Shown here: one piece after another, positions 1 through 9,092 of the stretch | How the letters are laid out: each line of letters starts with the position of its first letter | Numbering within the stretch: the stretch's first letter is position 1 | IMG/VR virus record: IMGVR_UViG_3300012932_000063 | DNA length: 64,000 nt | DNA from: a virus | Strand: one strand, 5' to 3' | Made by a program: the position numbers and the translations under genes | The notes under the pieces: model-generated | What the model was told of the DNA's origin: nothing | The model's input: the letters and a program-made list of their open reading frames with translations, nothing else | Database searches by the model: none

Positions 1-32
1 TTTAACATGAAAAGAAACAGGAGGATTTTACA

Positions 33-371
33 ATGCTCAAAAACGTGATATGTATTTTGTTCTTGATAGGCTGTATTGTGGGATTTGTTTTTGATTTGAT
101 ATGGACTATCAACTCCAGCAATGCGTGGATGGGATTTTTCAGTATGGTTTTATACGCCGTAGGCGTGTATGTCTCATTACAAGCTTTAGCACGCAAAAAC
201 TTTAGCACGCAAAAAATAAAATCATCGTGTATTAATTTGCTTGTAATGGAAATTTATGATACAATGTCTTTGTTTGAATGTAGTAAACCAACTAATTTTT
301 CTACTGATCAAACAATTGGTGATATACCTAAAGGCACAGGTTGTTTACGACAATCAAATCTGTGCCTTTAG
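33..371 (+). CDS. Small membrane protein, read through by a 16-bp tandem duplication
   Basis: Two hydrophobic segments; CTTTAGCACGCAAAAA duplicated at 184-215 shifts the frame past an otherwise adjacent TAA. Confidence 0.55.
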   Translation: MLKNVICILFLIGCIVGFVFDLIWTINSSNAWMGFFSMVLYAVGVYVSLQALARKNFSTQKIKSSCINLLVMEIYDTMSLFECSKPTNFSTDQTIGDIPKGTGCLRQSNLCL

Positions 372-398
372 TTATGTCAAAATTAAAAGGAGAAAATT

Positions 399-818
399 AT
401 GAAAACATTAAGTTTAAGTTTCGCTATGATGTTCTTCATCACGAGTGTCTATGCACAAGAGACTTATAATTTTACGGTGCCGGAATTAACAGAAGCGGAT
501 ATGCCAAAAACGGATGAAGCTAAAGCCGTTGAGGATGCCAAAAATGATGTAAAAGAGCATATTCACTCAATACGATGGTTTATGGGCGGATGCATGTTTT
601 CTGTTGTAGGATTAATTCTTGCACAAAGAGAACCTAAGAAAATACCCGTAGCAAGATTAATCGGCAAAACCAAAGAATATGTTACGTTCTATACTGATAC
701 CTATAGAATAGAAATGCGAAAAAAGCGTTATAACTACGCTCTCGGCGGATGCCTTCTGAACGGGATAACCTTGGGTGGTATAGCAACAGCAATTGTTTTT
801 AACCGTTACGAATTTTAG
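399..818 (+). CDS. Secreted/membrane hypothetical protein
   Basis: AGGAG RBS, signal-peptide-like N-terminus, two further hydrophobic helices, downstream hairpin. Confidence 0.75.
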   Translation: MKTLSLSFAMMFFITSVYAQETYNFTVPELTEADMPKTDEAKAVEDAKNDVKEHIHSIRWFMGGCMFSVVGLILAQREPKKIPVARLIGKTKEYVTFYTDTYRIEMRKKRYNYALGGCLLNGITLGGIATAIVFNRYEF

Positions 819-823
819 CCAAA

Positions 824-858
824 TTTAGAGGGTATTGCATTTGTGCGATGCTCTCTAA
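824..858 (+). terminator. Intrinsic terminator-like hairpin
   Basis: TTAGAGGGTATTGCA..TGCGATGCTCTCTAA inverted repeat followed by a T-run. Confidence 0.6.
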
Positions 859-875
859 ATTTTTAACCGCAAAAT

Positions 876-904
876 TTGCTTTTAATAGCATTTTGTGGTA
901 TAAT
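876..904 (+). promoter_or_regulatory. sigma70-type promoter
   Basis: TTGCTT-17-TATAAT; same design recurs at 15991-16019. Confidence 0.65.
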
Positions 905-910
905 TTAAGC

Positions 911-1004
911 GAGGCACGAGGTCCACTGCTATAGCGACGATGCTCCTTGTGTCTCAAAAATGAGGCACGGGCCCACAATTAGCCATAATTCCGTGTCTCA
1001 TTTT
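911..1004. repeat. Two tandem GAGGCAC..GTGTCTC hairpin units (candidate ncRNA)
   Basis: Units 911-955 and 962-999 share stems but have different loops; third unit at 16031-16076. Confidence 0.6.
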
Positions 1005-1067
1005 GAATATCGCAACAAGCCGGGCTAAAGCACCGTCCGCTATTTCAGTTGAGATATATCATAAATT

Positions 1068-1096
1068 AGTGTAACATAGAGATTTGAACCTGTCAA
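1068..1096 (-). promoter_or_regulatory. sigma70-type promoter pointing left into the hairpin units
   Basis: Minus strand TTGACA-17-TACACT. Confidence 0.6.
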
Positions 1097-1138
1097 GACC
1101 TTTTCAAGGTGCAATCATCTAAAAAGGAGATTCAACAC

Positions 1139-1369
1139 ATGGCACAACTCACTAATCATGAAAAAGAAAGATTGAAAATGCTTCTTGAGAACCATATAGA
1201 CGAAATAGGACAGCGACTTAATGGTTCAGAAAAAAGCATATATGAAATTAGTCAGAGATTAGATAAAATCCAAAAAGATGCTAATAAAGTCCAAACAGAT
1301 GTAAAAGAAATTAGAAAAGATCTTAACCAAGTCAAAAACGAAGTTAGGAGTATTCTTGGTTTAGACTAA
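1139..1369 (+). CDS. Small coiled-coil protein
   Basis: AGGAGA RBS; heptad-like C-terminal half. Confidence 0.7.
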   Translation: MAQLTNHEKERLKMLLENHIDEIGQRLNGSEKSIYEISQRLDKIQKDANKVQTDVKEIRKDLNQVKNEVRSILGLD

Positions 1370-1388
1370 TTAAAAGGAATAATGTGAA

Positions 1389-1619
1389 ATGTATTTGGAT
1401 ATTGAAACAGCAAGACAAATAATAATTGCAGAATTTGCCGGACAAAGCCGTGTTCCTACATGGAAAATTATTGAGCATGTGGAAACAGAACATTGTAAAG
1501 GAGCTAGGTATCTATCGCCAAATGAAAAACAAATTGTCCAAGATGCTCTCACAACTCTTCGGAGTAGGAACCATGCAAATAATTTTGAGAGGGGGTATTG
1601 GACTTTTAAATCAATTTAA
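1389..1619 (+). CDS. Small winged-helix-like hypothetical protein
   Basis: RBS; helical body ending in GYW strand. Confidence 0.6.
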   Translation: MYLDIETARQIIIAEFAGQSRVPTWKIIEHVETEHCKGARYLSPNEKQIVQDALTTLRSRNHANNFERGYWTFKSI

Positions 1620-1831
1620 TTTTTCGTTAATACCAAAGGTGAAATAATCATGAAATTTGTAGTGATAACTTCATTATGCTTTTTATCTATATTTTTGATA
1701 TGTTTTTCTTTTGTTTCTTGGTCTTTTCTCAATTTCCTAATCTCACTTATAAATTTATGTCTCATTTTTATATGGATTGAAGAAATATGGCAAAATCGCA
1801 AAAAAAAAGATAAAAACAAAGGATAGGAATT

Positions 1832-1951
1832 ATGAAATTGATAAAACGTATTATAGAAATCTTTTTTGATACTGCGTCTTACAAATCTAGTACTATAACA
1901 AAATTACAACTAGAAAAAATAAACGCCTTTTTAATGATGTTTCCGTTTTAA
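1832..1951 (+). CDS. 39-aa peptide MKLIKRIIEIFFDTASY..NAFLMMFPF
   Basis: Hand-translated; paralogue at 16824-16943 with conserved FFD and NAFLMxFPF. Confidence 0.65.
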   Translation: MKLIKRIIEIFFDTASYKSSTITKLQLEKINAFLMMFPF

Positions 1952-1978
1952 ATTAATAGATTTAGAGGAGGTATACAG

Positions 1979-2191
1979 TTGTCTAATTTTATGAATATTA
2001 AAGATGCTCAAAATATTAAAAATTTAGAAAAAATAATTGAAGAGTGCGATGAAAAACTTCAAAAAATAAAAACTGGACATTATTCAATAAAATCAAGAAG
2101 TCATATTAATTTGATTCGATCCAACAAAAGGTTAGCTAGTAGCATTCTTGAATTAATTCATTCTGATAATGATATTCAAAGCATTCTATGA
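1979..2191 (+). CDS. Hypothetical protein
   Basis: GAGGAGG RBS, stop overlaps the next start. Confidence 0.6.
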   Translation: MSNFMNIKDAQNIKNLEKIIEECDEKLQKIKTGHYSIKSRSHINLIRSNKRLASSILELIHSDNDIQSIL

Positions 2192-2604
2192 TTCAAAAAG
2201 ACGATTATGTTTCTCTTGTAAGAATACCGCGCAACTGGTTTCATATATTCGTTTTGATTTTTTCAACCTCAATCATAGTCAACACTATTTGTGAATTTTT
2301 GTATGGTTGGGCATGGGAGGAACTAGGCGAAACAACATTAACGCGTAATGCAGTTCTAATGACGCTAATAGTTGGGTGGTTTTTTATAACAGCTCATTTA
2401 TGGGGTGTGATTATGTTAGGATATGCAAAGCTATTTAAAGAAAAAGTTTTTAACGAAGGCAAAGCCGAAGGCAAAGCCGAAGCTGAGGCTGAAGCCGAAG
2501 TCAAAATAGAAGAACTAATAAAAGAATTTGAAGAAGCAGAAAGAAACGGCATGTCTATAAAAGAAGCGGTGGCACAATACAAATTGAAAAATGGTGAAAA
2601 ATAA
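2188..2604 (+). CDS. Membrane protein with EGKAE-repeat C-terminus
   Basis: Two TM-like segments then EGKAEGKAE; C-terminus homologous to 16130-16558. Confidence 0.75.
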   Translation: MIQKDDYVSLVRIPRNWFHIFVLIFSTSIIVNTICEFLYGWAWEELGETTLTRNAVLMTLIVGWFFITAHLWGVIMLGYAKLFKEKVFNEGKAEGKAEAEAEAEVKIEELIKEFEEAERNGMSIKEAVAQYKLKNGEK

Positions 2605-2686
2605 ACAAAAAAGAGATGTTTTCTAATACTATTTCCTTTTTGATGTTGTTTTTCACTAACAAAATCCAAAATTTGGAGGAAGCATT

Positions 2687-3478
2687 ATGTCGAGATTAAG
2701 AGTTTTTTTTGATAAATGGACGATAGGTGCCATAATTTTTTCCCTTGTTTCTTTGTTGATAATGTGGCTATATCAGAATTCGAGTAAAGAACTTGAAGTT
2801 ATTACTATCTACAAAACAACGCCGTATTCTCTCAAAGAAAAAACAAAAAACAAAGAAGCAAAAACTCAAACACCTATTCTTTCAGAACAACACAAGGAAA
2901 ACAACCTTAACGATTCCAACACCGATTTGAAATCAGAAGAAGAATCTTTTATTCAGGAAGAGGAAGAACCTTTGTTGGATACGTTTATGGAGGGAATCTT
3001 ATCTTCAACCACAGAGGAAGAATCTGATATAAGGATTTCGCCCTATGGTTTCGGCCCATATCCAAAAATACCAGAGGATTATCCGGGGACAGAACCTGCA
3101 TGGGAAAGTGATCTTGATTCATTAGGTTACTCAGATTCTGATAAAAAGGACGCGGAACTGCTCAGTCGCGTTCTTATCAGATTATGGGTAGATCAAGGTA
3201 TAGGAAGCCGTCTTGGAGGCTCTATTGATGATAGAACAAAAACCGTCTATCCATATTATGAGAACACTATTTACGTGAAAAGAGATGTTTTAAGGAGGGA
3301 TGAAAACGGAAAACCAATATCTTTTTCTGCTCGCATACATGCTCCAGGCAATATAATTATTACGGCGGAAGACTTAGAAATATTTCGCCTTACAGGTGAG
3401 ACCCCGCCTGGAGTCAGGGTCTTACAATTAGAAACTGATGGAATTGATGCTTATCAATTTCTTAACCTCCAACCATAA
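2687..3478 (+). CDS. Membrane-anchored protein, paralogue family A
   Basis: N-terminal anchor FFDKWTIG..; SPYGFGPYPKIPEDYP motif shared with 4587-5345. Confidence 0.85.
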   Translation: MSRLRVFFDKWTIGAIIFSLVSLLIMWLYQNSSKELEVITIYKTTPYSLKEKTKNKEAKTQTPILSEQHKENNLNDSNTDLKSEEESFIQEEEEPLLDTFMEGILSSTTEEESDIRISPYGFGPYPKIPEDYPGTEPAWESDLDSLGYSDSDKKDAELLSRVLIRLWVDQGIGSRLGGSIDDRTKTVYPYYENTIYVKRDVLRRDENGKPISFSARIHAPGNIIITAEDLEIFRLTGETPPGVRVLQLETDGIDAYQFLNLQP

Positions 3479-3489
3479 AGGAAAATTAA

Positions 3490-3915
3490 ATGAACATGAA
3501 AACCATGCTGAAAAGCATTTTTTTGATAGCCCTTACATTTGCGTTAGCTCTTAATTTTACTGGATCTGGCGAAACACAATCACCTAGCGGTGATGTGGCT
3601 GCTTTTGCAAATGCTTGGTCTATTGAGGTGAATAAAGACGAACAAGACAGAAGACAATGGAACGTTTACGCTTCTGCCTCTGCTTATGCTGATTCAACTG
3701 AACATGGTGCTGGTAACAAAGGCAACCTTTCTGTATCCGCGTACGCTTATATGGAAGGCGATTCTAATAGTTTCAAATTTGAAAACGGTGGAAGCGATTC
3801 TATGTCATTTGGTGACGACTACTTATTTCAAGCCAGTGCGTCAGCTGCTGCAAATGTCACTTCTGTTCTTGGGTCAGACTCTTCATCACAACATGCACCT
3901 GATCCAAACAACTAA
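3490..3915 (+). CDS. Secreted Ala/Ser-rich protein
   Basis: Signal peptide, co-oriented after family A gene, terminator follows. Confidence 0.75.
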   Translation: MNMKTMLKSIFLIALTFALALNFTGSGETQSPSGDVAAFANAWSIEVNKDEQDRRQWNVYASASAYADSTEHGAGNKGNLSVSAYAYMEGDSNSFKFENGGSDSMSFGDDYLFQASASAAANVTSVLGSDSSSQHAPDPNN

Positions 3916-3936
3916 TCAGAACGAAATTACTACTTA

Positions 3937-3982
3937 AATCAATGCCAGCCTCTTCGCATTTGTAGAGGCTGGCATTGATTTA
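3937..3982. terminator. Intrinsic terminator hairpin
   Basis: AAATCAATGCCAGCCTCT / AGAGGCTGGCATTGATTT 18-bp inverted repeat. Confidence 0.75.
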
Positions 3983-4289
3983 AGAATCTGAAAGAGAAAA
4001 AACCAGTAAACTTTGAGATAACTTCTGGTGATGTGAAAGGCATACTCAAAAGCAAAGAGTATTTGGTGGCGGTAAAACATTTGGCTATGATTACAAGAAC
4101 AATGAGACAGCGCAAAAAATGGTTAGAGGATTGGCGAAATTATTTACATCAATTCTGCAAGGTAAATTACACAAAATTACCATTAACTAATCAAAAATTC
4201 CTTGTTGAAGTAGGATAAATTCCAATTTAATCACTAATTCTGCACATTTAAGTTGACAAAATTCCGTATATGTTTTACAATATATTTTG

Positions 4290-4361
4290 AGGCGGAGGCG
4301 GGAATCGAACCCGCTCATCCTTGGTTGCAACGCAAGTGTGTTCCCATTTCACCACTCCGCC
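4290..4361 (-). tRNA. tRNA-like gene, anticodon TGC (Ala) on a Cys-like acceptor stem
   Basis: Cloverleaf GGCGGAG/CTCCGCC, T-arm GCGGG TTCGATT CCCGC, loop GT-TGC-AA, U73. Confidence 0.75.
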
Positions 4362-4383
4362 TTAATACCGCTGAATATCTTTA

Positions 4384-4454
4384 TGGAGGCGTGGGGAATC
4401 GAACCCCAATCTTATGGCTCGCAACCAAATGTTTTACCATTAAACTACGCCACC
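4384..4454 (-). tRNA. tRNA-like gene, anticodon GCG (Arg)
   Basis: Cloverleaf GGTGGCG/CGCCTCC, loop TT-GCG-AG, TTCGATT T-loop; one mismatch in each of the acceptor and anticodon stems. Confidence 0.65.
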
Positions 4455-4586
4455 ATATTTTGATGTTCGGCGGTGTTTTAATTCTAACATATTCAACTAA
4501 AAATTTACATCTTAAATCAAAATATGTAACCTATTCTGATATTTTTCGTTAATTCTTAATCAAAACCTCTATTTGGGAGAGAAGTT

Positions 4587-5345
4587 ATGTCTAAATTCAG
4601 GATTTTCTTTGATAAATGGACGATAGGTTTAATAATTTTCTTTTTGGTTTCTGTTCTATTAATGTTTCTGTATATGAATTCGCGTAAGGAACCTGAAGTA
4701 ATTACTATTTACAAGACTACTCCCTATTCTGGCCGTATATCTACGAAAGAGAAAGGTATAAAAGATCAAGAATTTTCTCTTTCAGAACGGCAAGAAGCAA
4801 ATATATTATCTGATTCCGAACACAATATAGAATCAGTCCAACAATCTTTTGCCACTGAAGAGGAAGAATTGTTATTGGACACATTCATGGAAGAATTCTT
4901 ATCTTCAATGACAGAAGAAGGCGAAGGTGTTGATACTCCAGTTTCGCCTTTCGGTTTTGGCGAGTATCCGGACATACCTGCTGATTATCCATGGGATCCG
5001 ATTTGGACACTTGATGATGAATCACGCGCTCATTATTCTCAAGTTCACCCCAACGGAGAACGATTTTTAGAATTAATGGGCAGAGTCGGCATCAAAATGT
5101 GGAATAATGGTTACCGGTTCAAAGGCATTTCTTATTCAGAGGCAACCGGTAAATTTTACTTTAACTTTCCTGACACTGTCTATATTAAATCAGAAGAAAT
5201 AAACGGTGTTACTTCAGTGGAAGTTATTGGCAGCCCAATATCAGAGAAAGATATTGATATAATAAGGAATGGCGGAACACCTCCCGGGATAACCGTATTG
5301 GATATGTCAGAAGGTGTTGAACCTATGAGTTTTCTTGATTTATAA
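4587..5345 (+). CDS. Membrane-anchored protein, paralogue family A
   Basis: Clear homology to 2687-3478. Confidence 0.85.
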   Translation: MSKFRIFFDKWTIGLIIFFLVSVLLMFLYMNSRKEPEVITIYKTTPYSGRISTKEKGIKDQEFSLSERQEANILSDSEHNIESVQQSFATEEEELLLDTFMEEFLSSMTEEGEGVDTPVSPFGFGEYPDIPADYPWDPIWTLDDESRAHYSQVHPNGERFLELMGRVGIKMWNNGYRFKGISYSEATGKFYFNFPDTVYIKSEEINGVTSVEVIGSPISEKDIDIIRNGGTPPGITVLDMSEGVEPMSFLDL

Positions 5346-5373
5346 TCAATAACACCATCGGAGGATATACACA

Positions 5374-5880
5374 ATGTTAGGAAAAATGAAAATCGCATTA
5401 TACGTGATTTTGATTGCGTTATTATGCGTCGCAATTTCAGAATATGCTTCTACCCACACGAACCAAGGACAACTACATGTTACCGTTCATGCTGCTGCCG
5501 GAGTTAATGGACATGGCCAAGATATATTTGGTGAATATACTGAATATTGGACATTCGGAAGCACCGCATTATCTACGCCTACAAGAGTGCACGGCGATAA
5601 TCTTTATATAGGAAGTTGCGATCAAACCATAGTTGTTCCAGGGGCACCTTTTTTCAACCACACTTATTATTTCCAAGGCGAACAATTTTTCACCAAGGTT
5701 TTAAGAGGCTCTTGGAAAGACTATACGGCTCGCAATAACACATCATCAGCAAGCTGCATACAAGAATCTGTGGTTTTCTACAATGATGCTAATGGGCGCA
5801 GAAGAAGATTAGATCATGACCACAGTGCTGATGTAACTATACCACCAGGTGGTTCAAGGGTTAATGAACCTTGGCCATAA
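5374..5880 (+). CDS. Secreted hypothetical protein
   Basis: GGAGGA RBS, signal peptide, terminator at 5906-5942. Confidence 0.75.
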   Translation: MLGKMKIALYVILIALLCVAISEYASTHTNQGQLHVTVHAAAGVNGHGQDIFGEYTEYWTFGSTALSTPTRVHGDNLYIGSCDQTIVVPGAPFFNHTYYFQGEQFFTKVLRGSWKDYTARNNTSSASCIQESVVFYNDANGRRRRLDHDHSADVTIPPGGSRVNEPWP

Positions 5881-5905
5881 TACCAATTTTGACAAAGTGA
5901 AAAAC

Positions 5906-5942
5906 AATTCGAGCCTCGGATCTCTTACAGAGGCTCGAATTA
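5906..5942. terminator. Intrinsic terminator hairpin
   Basis: ATTCGAGCCTC / GAGGCTCGAAT inverted repeat. Confidence 0.65.
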
Positions 5943-5963
5943 TTTAATATACAGGAGATGTGT

Positions 5964-6119
5964 ATGAAAAAACAACTTGTTAAACAGGTGTTGAAATGTA
6001 CTCAATGCGATTTTCAAAAAATTCACGAGGTTTATGACTCTGATATTGAGAGCAAACTCATTGCAGAAGCACGACAGCATGCTAAAGAAACTGAACACTC
6101 TGTAATGGTTCAGTCTTGA
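5964..6119 (+). CDS. 51-aa C2H2-type zinc-finger-like peptide
   Basis: Hand-translated: CTQC..HAKETEH, AGGAG RBS. Confidence 0.6.
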   Translation: MKKQLVKQVLKCTQCDFQKIHEVYDSDIESKLIAEARQHAKETEHSVMVQS

Positions 6120-6242
6120 GATGATAACACCAAGGTGGTGAGTATCATCACTTATCAATATGGAGAAACTGGCTCTGCCATTTTACAAAAACAGAATTAA
6201 ACTGATTTACAAAATTCATGTAATTTGATATAATATATGTTG

Positions 6243-6314
6243 AGGCGTAGGCAGGAATCGAACCTGCTCATGCTCCCTTGCCAAAGAAGTGTGTTCCCAT
6301 TTCACCACTACGCC
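6243..6314 (-). tRNA. tRNA-like gene, anticodon GGC (Ala) on a Cys-like acceptor stem
   Basis: GGCGTAG/CTACGCC, loop TT-GGC-AA, GCAGG TTCGATT CCTGC, U73. Confidence 0.75.
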
Positions 6315-6569
6315 CAGGAAAGTGTGTGTGAATTTATTCACACACACTTTTTCTTAATTTAACATGTTAATTCAATTTTATCAATACTGAAAGTTTGTAA
6401 AGAAGTTAACCCATCTACCAGCTAAACAAATGGTAAATTTATGCACAATGCTACACAGTAGCAAAAGAGGTGTCACTTATCAACATTGCGAAACTGAGGT
6501 TTGATATTTCAGGAAGGTTAAAACAATGATAGTCTCTTCAACAGGACAGAGACTATCATTTTATTATTT

Positions 6570-7835
6570 TTAGGACTTATGCCATTTATACTTACCACCC
6601 GTGCAAGTACCATTGCCTTTTGAACAGTTGGTGTAACTTGCACCACAATTTGAACGCAAACATGGGTGAGGTGTTTCATGCCAAGAAACAGCCGAAGGGT
6701 TACAAGACCAGTAACCATTACCACAACCTGAAGCACATAATTTTACACGATGCTTGTCTGAATGACTCACTTTTACCTTGCAAGCTGTTCGTCCACAATC
6801 CACAAGTTTGGGTTTTGGAGTCGGATTATTACTGGGTGGGGGTGATGACGCTGTACCACCACATGTGCCTGAATTTGAACAAACACATGGCGATGAACAA
6901 TCTGATGTGCAATCCTGACAATTTGGGGTGTTATCAGTCGTCTGTGGCGGCGTGCTACCCGACCAGTGCGTGTTACTTTTTGGACACTTTGAATACTGGC
7001 ATGTGTAATACTCCTCATCACAAGTTGCATTCGGATTCCAAAAATCGTAGATATTTTTCTCACACTTCACATAATGCGGTGAGTTGGCGACGTATTCATA
7101 ATTCCCTTGCCCTCTATTGATGCGTTTCGGTGCATACCTATTGCCACAAGTGCCACCGCAGACAAGCCAATGCTCCGCCGATCGACTGCAAGACCCGGAG
7201 CAAAGATAAAAACGCACACCCGTTGTACCTGAAGAACCATGTTTTTCAGTACAATATACTTGATGTGAAACCTGTGCTAATGATGCTGTTTCAAATCTAG
7301 CATCACAAGAACCTTGACACAAAAATATCGGCGTCGCAGCATATTCCGACGGCTGCTGAATCGAAATCTGCTCTTCGGGACTCAACTGAGGGTGAGAGTT
7401 ATACGCCGCTACAGCATCGTAGTATGCATACCATGCCTTTAGGACTTGATCAATATAGAAGAAAGAGGCTTCATTCCCCGCTGTATCTATCTGTCCTAAC
7501 AGAGTTCTCAGGGTGTCGTTCAAGTAATACGCCGTTATGTTTTTATCAATACCAGCTACAAGGGTACTTGTCCAATCAAAATTCGTATGCAACCTTATAC
7601 CTATCAACTTATTATGTTCTGTAATGAACTTTTGAATCTTACCCTCATAAAAATCGAACTTTGCCTTATAGCGCGGCCACGCACCATGCGGCTCCAAGTA
7701 AAGTGCGTCCTCCTTTTGCTTCATTTCGTTTTCAAGTTGGCGAATAGACTTCTGTTGTGAGACCCCAACCAACGCTATAAAACTACAAAGTAGCACCAGA
7801 AATAAGATGCCGAAAGTCAAATGTTTACGTCGCAT
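6570..7835 (-). CDS. Secreted Cys/His-rich protein
   Basis: Signal peptide MRRKHLTFGILFL..; Cys-rich C-terminal repeats; TAATG overlap with the upstream gene. Confidence 0.8.
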   Translation of the reverse strand: MRRKHLTFGILFLVLLCSFIALVGVSQQKSIRQLENEMKQKEDALYLEPHGAWPRYKAKFDFYEGKIQKFITEHNKLIGIRLHTNFDWTSTLVAGIDKNITAYYLNDTLRTLLGQIDTAGNEASFFYIDQVLKAWYAYYDAVAAYNSHPQLSPEEQISIQQPSEYAATPIFLCQGSCDARFETASLAQVSHQVYCTEKHGSSGTTGVRFYLCSGSCSRSAEHWLVCGGTCGNRYAPKRINRGQGNYEYVANSPHYVKCEKNIYDFWNPNATCDEEYYTCQYSKCPKSNTHWSGSTPPQTTDNTPNCQDCTSDCSSPCVCSNSGTCGGTASSPPPSNNPTPKPKLVDCGRTACKVKVSHSDKHRVKLCASGCGNGYWSCNPSAVSWHETPHPCLRSNCGASYTNCSKGNGTCTGGKYKWHKS

Positions 7836-8536
7836 TATTCCCCCCCCCATTGATGTTTCTGTCGTTCTAACAATTCTTCGGAGGCAATCCGACCCGCTTC
7901 CTCTCTTGTATGCCCTTCATTCATGAGCCGCGGAATGTGCCCGCGTTCAAAACCTTGAAAATCCAGTAATCCCTGACGTAACCTATTTAACTCCAACGCT
8001 TGCTCCGGTGTGTATAATCCCAACTGTGTCGCACGCGCAGCATTGGCGATATTATGCGTGATTGCGTCCGCTATGCTGACTTCCCGGTTATATTCAAACG
8101 GGTGCCAGTTCTCCTTGACGAAGTTGATGTTCTCTATCATCGCGGCTTTCGTCGCCTCAAAGTCCCAAAGGTCTAAAGGCAATTTATCAAATGGTGGTGG
8201 GTTGTTATATTGCCTTCGCTCAGACACATCTTTCCATTTTATATCCGAATTGAGCGTGTCAATCACTGTACGCGTTACAGGCTGGACAGGCTGAACTTCA
8301 GAACTCGGTTGTTCTTCCTGTGAAGCATCAAGAGCAGGAATGATAACAGGCTTAACAAATGGATTTATTCCCTTCGGTTTTATAGGTTCTAAAACCTCCG
8401 GCACAGCAAGATGATCAAATTCACGCTTGACTTCTTCAAGTACATGCCACTGATACAGCAGACTCCCGCCAACACAGAACACAAAGAATACTAACGATCC
8501 TATAAAAATACGTTTCGTAAAAATGTTAGCTAACAT
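7835..8536 (-). CDS. Membrane-anchored protein (family A-like N-terminus)
   Basis: AGGAGG RBS; IFTKRIFIGSLVFFVFCVGGSLLY anchor. Confidence 0.8.
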   Translation of the reverse strand: MLANIFTKRIFIGSLVFFVFCVGGSLLYQWHVLEEVKREFDHLAVPEVLEPIKPKGINPFVKPVIIPALDASQEEQPSSEVQPVQPVTRTVIDTLNSDIKWKDVSERRQYNNPPPFDKLPLDLWDFEATKAAMIENINFVKENWHPFEYNREVSIADAITHNIANAARATQLGLYTPEQALELNRLRQGLLDFQGFERGHIPRLMNEGHTREEAGRIASEELLERQKHQWGGE

Positions 8537-8549
8537 ATTAAATTCCTCC

Positions 8550-8738
8550 TTATTGTAAGTCGTTGTATGGACATATTGATTCACACGGCGGCAATTCTTG
8601 TAAAGGATAACAGATTTTATTAATTTGTTGACAAGAAGATTGAGCCGTATCTATGAAGTAATTTGTCATAGTCAAAAATACTATAGCAAGACAAAAAACA
8701 ATAAAACAAACACATTGTAACCGATTTAGATTCAACAT
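8550..8738 (-). CDS. Secreted Cys-rich peptide
   Basis: AGGAG RBS, hydrophobic signal, 4 Cys in mature part; TTGCAG-17-TATAAT promoter at 8847-8875. Confidence 0.65.
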   Translation of the reverse strand: MLNLNRLQCVCFIVFCLAIVFLTMTNYFIDTAQSSCQQINKICYPLQELPPCESICPYNDLQ

Positions 8739-9000
8739 GTTTTTCTCCTGAGTTTTGCTGGAAATTGCCAAAGGTGGGGAGATCAAGGCTTCCAGCATAT
8801 AAACATGATCTCCCCATATTTATTAGGCTGGAAACCTTTAAATGAATTATAACTTAATTACACTAATTCTGCAACATAAATTATACAAAATCCCTTTTAA
8901 CTAATAAAAATTCCCTTCTGAAGCAGGGTAAATTCCGATTTAAGCACTAATTCTGCATATTTAAGTTGACAAATTTCCGTATATGTTTTATAATATATTG

Positions 9001-9072
9001 AGGCGGAGGCGGGAATTAAACCCGCACTTCTTCCGTGCAAGGAAAGCGTCTTAACCATTTGACCACTCCGCC
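9001..9072 (-). tRNA. tRNA-like gene, anticodon TGC (Ala) on a Cys-like acceptor stem
   Basis: GGCGGAG/CTCCGCC, loop CT-TGC-AC, T-loop TTTAATT, U73. Confidence 0.75.
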
Positions 9073-9092
9073 TTAATACCGGCATTCAATTA

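Larger units (their letters stand above)
4225..4480. repeat. Promoter + tRNA-pair cassette, copy 1 (copy 2 at about 8938-9190)
   Basis: Near-identical CACTAATTCTGCA..TTGACA-17-TA(C/T)AAT followed by two minus-strand tRNA-like genes. Confidence 0.8.

Noticed and set aside
911-1004. TIGR array interpretation of the GAGGCAC hairpins
   Set aside because: CCA motifs are present but the regular CCA-9nt-TG dual-spacer period is not, and no Nop-domain gene was recognised.
4253-4552. Listed ORFs over tRNA cassettes (4253, 8897, 9494) and most minus-strand ORFs from 19-64 kb
   Set aside because: Shadows of tRNA genes or of + strand genes; no RBS and biased composition.
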